A stretch of DNA of 64,000 nt from Nitrospirota bacterium (GTDB lineage: Bacteria; Nitrospirota; UBA9217): the NCBI GenBank assembly GCA_963740085.1, contig CAVUCU010000007.1, positions 96,001 through 160,000 of the forward strand. The letters are read 5' to 3'. The notes beneath the pieces are model-generated. The model had not been told where the DNA came from, ran no database searches, and saw nothing but the letters and a program-made list of their open reading frames with translations. The position numbers were made by a program, and so were the translations under genes. Of this stretch, positions 60,808 to 64,000 are shown one piece after another (positions within the stretch are counted from its first letter, which is position 1; the number at the start of each line of letters is the position of its first letter).

Positions 60808-61131
60808 ATGAAAAACACACTTGCAAGAAAAACAGCGTACATCGGGGCCGGTGCGGGTTTGGTGCTCTTCGCGATCTTCGGACTTCTCCCGGGCAGTTTG
60901 ATTGGCGGAGCGGCCGGACTAAAATTAGTTGGTATGCTCTTCAACCAGACTCTTGAGGCGGGGATCATCTCGCGGGGCATCGTACTGGCATCCATGCTCA
61001 TGGGCGTCGTGGTCTCAGGTATCGCCGTCGTGACGGCTACGTCAACCACAGGATGGCTTCTGGGAAGAGTGATAGAGGCATCGGTACACCAAGCCGATCC
61101 GGAAGCAGCAGTTGTCGTCAGAAATCAATAA
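60808..61131 (+). CDS. Small Gly-rich membrane protein
   Basis: AGGAGG RBS; IGAGAGLVLFAIFGLLPG; paralog of the next gene. Confidence 0.8.
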   Translation: MKNTLARKTAYIGAGAGLVLFAIFGLLPGSLIGGAAGLKLVGMLFNQTLEAGIISRGIVLASMLMGVVVSGIAVVTATSTTGWLLGRVIEASVHQADPEAAVVVRNQ

Positions 61132-61185
61132 TCGGTCAAGAAGATCGAGATTAAACTAAACAGCTGAGGCTGGAAGGAGATTATC

Positions 61186-61503
61186 ATGAAGAACGAAACG
61201 GTAAAAGCGGGTATGAAGATCGGTGCAACGGTAGGTGGTTTGGTTTTCCTGGTGTTTGGCATCATGCCGGGGTTCTATTTCGGCAGCTTCGGAACTCTGG
61301 TCCTGCTCCAGAAGTTGATGGGAGGCCCGGTTGAGCCGACCCTCTTCGTCAGGGCCGCCGTGGTGATGGGAATCGTGGTTGGGATCGCCTGTGCAGCGAC
61401 AGTGAGCGTTGTGATAGGAGGACTCGCCGGCACGGTCGCCGGGTATGTGGTATCGGCGCCTGCTGCATTGCGGGGGAAACAAGCTGCTGAGGAAAAAGCC
61501 TAA
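61186..61503 (+). CDS. Small Gly-rich membrane protein
   Basis: AAGGAG RBS; IGATVGGLVFLVFGIMPG. Confidence 0.82.
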   Translation: MKNETVKAGMKIGATVGGLVFLVFGIMPGFYFGSFGTLVLLQKLMGGPVEPTLFVRAAVVMGIVVGIACAATVSVVIGGLAGTVAGYVVSAPAALRGKQAAEEKA

Positions 61504-61602
61504 GTGCGACAGGGGAATCAATCGCCAGGAGTCATGAGGACACCGGGAAACGAGCGCAGCACAGTAAACAACCAATAGCTATCAGCTATGAAGCTGAAAC
61601 AG

Positions 61603-61629
61603 AAGGCGGTGAGCAATCACCGCCTTTTT
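61603..61629. terminator. Intrinsic terminator between convergent genes
   Basis: AAGGCGGTGA-GCAA-TCACCGCCTTTTT. Confidence 0.8.
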
Positions 61630-61646
61630 ATTTTTAGAGAGACCAC

Positions 61647-62993
61647 TTAGCGACCGGTAACACGCGGACGGCTCGGTTTAAACGTTCGCGTACCGGAGGG
61701 ACGGGACGTACCAAAAGAACGCGGGGAAGCATCATGCGGTCTTGCCCCGGCGTGTGCCGGTTTGTGGGTTTCCGCAACCTTACCCCTTGCAGGCTTTGTA
61801 ACGGGACGCTCCCGGCGGCGCTGCGGTTCGCGCGGCGGGCGGGCAAACTCGGAATCCCGTGTCGGCGCGGCTTTTCTGTAATCAAAGTCTTTCAGGAACC
61901 GGCGCTCGACCTTCTCGCCGAGCACGCGCTCGATGCTCCTGACCAGGGGCTCGTCTTCACGGGTAACAAAGGTGAATGCGTCGCCGGTTTTCGCGGCCCG
62001 GCCGGTCCGGCCGATACGGTGCGTATAAGCATCCGTGGTGTCGGGAATGTCGTAGTTGATGACATGGGATATGCTCGAAACATCGATTCCGCGGGCCGCG
62101 ATATCGGTTGCCACAAGGATCTGATACGATCCGTCTCTGAACCCGTCGAGCGCCGCCTGGCGCTTGTTCTGCGACAAGTTGCCCTGGAGCGATGCGGCCC
62201 TGAAACCCGCCTTTTCCAGCTGTTGTCCAATGCGCTTGGCCCGGTGCTTCGTCCGCGTAAAGATCAGGATGGATTCCGTATCCGTATGTTTGAGGAGTTC
62301 CATGAGAAGCGCTGTCTTAAGATGCTGTTCGACCGGATAGAGCGCGTGCGATACCGTGTTCGCCGGTGCCGCATGGCCGATCTGCACCGTGACCGGGTCG
62401 TGCTGTACTTCGCGCACCAGTTTCCGGATGTCATCGGGCATCGTGGCCGAGAACAACAGGGTCTGTCTTTTTGCCGGTACCTGCTTGATGATCTTCCGGA
62501 TATCGGGCAGGAAACCCATATCGAACATGCGATCCGCCTCGTCCAACACAAGCACCTCCACATGCGACAAGTCGATCGTTTTCTGATTGAGGTGGTCGAG
62601 CAAACGGCCCGGGCAGGCCACGACGATCTCGACACCGGCACGCAGTTTCTGTATCTGGGGGTTTACGCCTACGCCGCCGTAAATGGTCGCGCTGCGCAAT
62701 TTCGTGTCGCGGCCGAGCGCGACAATGGCCACGTGCGTCTGCTCGGCAAGTTCCCGAGTCGGAGCTATGATCAGTGCGCGGACACGGCCGCGCGGTCCCT
62801 TCAACAGGTGTTCAAGGATCGGCAGAACAAAAGCGGCCGTCTTCCCGGTCCCCGTCTGCGCCAGACCCATGACATCGCGCCCCTGCAGGACCGGCGGGAT
62901 CGCCTCGTTCTGAATTGGCGTCGGGGTGGTATAGCCGAGCGCCTTAATGCCGGCTGAGATGCTCGGATGGAACTTGAATGGCTCGAATTTCAA
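61647..62993 (-). CDS. DEAD-box RNA helicase (RhlE-like)
   Basis: AQTGTGKT, DEAD, SAT, HRIGRTGR; TTG start with AAGGAG RBS. Confidence 0.94.
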   Translation of the reverse strand: MKFEPFKFHPSISAGIKALGYTTPTPIQNEAIPPVLQGRDVMGLAQTGTGKTAAFVLPILEHLLKGPRGRVRALIIAPTRELAEQTHVAIVALGRDTKLRSATIYGGVGVNPQIQKLRAGVEIVVACPGRLLDHLNQKTIDLSHVEVLVLDEADRMFDMGFLPDIRKIIKQVPAKRQTLLFSATMPDDIRKLVREVQHDPVTVQIGHAAPANTVSHALYPVEQHLKTALLMELLKHTDTESILIFTRTKHRAKRIGQQLEKAGFRAASLQGNLSQNKRQAALDGFRDGSYQILVATDIAARGIDVSSISHVINYDIPDTTDAYTHRIGRTGRAAKTGDAFTFVTREDEPLVRSIERVLGEKVERRFLKDFDYRKAAPTRDSEFARPPREPQRRRERPVTKPARGKVAETHKPAHAGARPHDASPRSFGTSRPSGTRTFKPSRPRVTGR

Positions 62994-63088
62994 TGTGGCT
63001 CCTTACGATAAATGCTACAACATACTTCCGGGAACACAAAACCGCCTGACAGCAGATAGCTTAATGTACACTCGTGTAGCTGGTTAAT

Positions 63089-63119
63089 AAAAAAGGCCCC
63101 GGATCGCTCCGGGGCCTTT
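63089..63119 (-). terminator. Intrinsic terminator after csp
   Basis: GGCCCCGGA...TCCGGGGCC with an A-run on the plus strand. Confidence 0.8.
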
Positions 63120-63155
63120 GGAGTGGTTATATAAATATTTTTTTTAGAGTCGCTC

Positions 63156-63356
63156 TTAGGCTTTGGCTACATTCGCCGCCTGAAGACCCTTGGGACCCTT
63201 TACGACTTCGAAGGTCACCTTGTCACCCTCGTTCAGGGACTTGAAACCGTCGCCCGAAATTGCCGAAAAGTGCACAAACACATCCTCACCGTTCTCCTGC
63301 GTGATAAAACCGAACCCCTTGCTGTTGTTGAACCACTTCACTACACCGTTTGCCAT
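63156..63356 (-). CDS. Cold-shock protein (CspA family)
   Basis: [20 protein letters not shown]. Confidence 0.96.
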   Translation of the reverse strand: MANGVVKWFNNSKGFGFITQENGEDVFVHFSAISGDGFKSLNEGDKVTFEVVKGPKGLQAANVAKA

Positions 63357-63502
63357 TTCTGTTTCTCCTCTGTTTCTAAATTGAAATTGTCCGGGAATTT
63401 TCCGCGGATAGGTAAGAATACCGTTTTCCCCGTACTATGTCAAGCTGATAATTGCAAAAAACGACCCCTATAAAAAAGTTACCAGAACGGTGAACGTGCA
63501 AT

Positions 63503-64000
63503 TCAGCTTGCCGTTTTTTTTCTAGGCGTACCTCGCGACGTCCTGGCCTCCTTATATGACTTTGCCTGATGCATGAATGCCTCGATCCGGGTCAGTGTCT
63601 GGGAGTCGCCCTGTCCTTCGTAGGCGATATTCAGGAGGGGGATGTTATTGTGATCTTCGCGCACACGCTTCAACACGGCGCTCGCAATGGTGCCGGGCAT
63701 GCACGTGAAAGGCATCACGTTCACAATGCCCGAAACGCCGCGGTTGATGTAGTCGATGGCCTTTCCCACGGACAGCACGGCCTCCCCCTCGAATGAATAG
63801 TGGATGTAGGGTGCTGCAGTACGCAGGGTCTGTTCTATGCTCGGCTCGTGCAGGCTCCGGAGGTTGCCATTGAAACCGCTCAGGAGCCGGCGCTCGTCCT
63901 TGCTCTGAATCATACCGGTCATATATGCCTTGAGCAATGCATTCCATGACCGGTTCATCTTTGCCGACACCTTGGCCGTTGCGTTCACGTACAGGAGCCA
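63503..64000 (-). CDS. C-terminal part of an acyl-CoA dehydratase activase-related protein (partial)
   Basis: GEAVLSVGK...NVMPFTCMPG...TRIEAF; the frame continues beyond the window. Confidence 0.7.
   Translation of the reverse strand, partial: WLLYVNATAKVSAKMNRSWNALLKAYMTGMIQSKDERRLLSGFNGNLRSLHEPSIEQTLRTAAPYIHYSFEGEAVLSVGKAIDYINRGVSGIVNVMPFTCMPGTIASAVLKRVREDHNNIPLLNIAYEGQGDSQTLTRIEAFMHQAKSYKEARTSRGTPRKKTAS

Noticed and set aside
1-64000. CRISPR array, tRNA or rRNA genes
   Set aside because: No regularly spaced identical repeats with unique spacers, no cas genes, and no cloverleaf or rRNA signatures were seen; the periodic repeats are short tandem arrays

Overview
This is a GC-rich bacterial chromosomal window. 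The gene set is consistent with an anaerobic Nitrospirota- or Desulfobacterota-like organism, but that is inference only. Housekeeping blocks include rnfCDGEA', an envelope operon (amidase-GerMN-murI-folC-lptD-cutA), dinG, galT-glgA-HK-RR-rlmD, dcd, DAHP synthase, tsaD, two DEAD-box helicases and two cold-shock proteins. Four accessory modules sit between them. (1) kaiB-kaiC-PAS/PAS/GGDEF without kaiA; the KaiC has S-A at the canonical S431/T432 phosphosites. (2) A ~7.6 kb integrase-free island bounded by a decayed duplicate of the rlmD 3' end, carrying SRAP, a LexA/UmuD hybrid with a GAAC-N4-GTTC box, and a Y-family polymerase. (3) An ~11 kb phosphothreonine-signalling cluster with 2 Ser/Thr kinases, 2 PP2C, several FHA and vWA proteins and an FHA-sigma54 activator; a sigma54 -24/-12 promoter lies in front of the main operon. 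(4) A ~3.5 kb integrase-free island bounded by a duplicate of the tsaD 3' end, carrying a degenerate GGDEF, a tandem PilZ protein and a TA pair. Both islands carry a paralog of the same uncharacterised protein family. Many gene junctions hold 7-nt- or 9/10-nt-periodic tandem arrays, often as inverted pairs, and one encloses an internally deleted GxxExxY-like gene. No rRNA, tRNA, CRISPR array or integrase was seen. All family calls are by motif recognition, not by database search.
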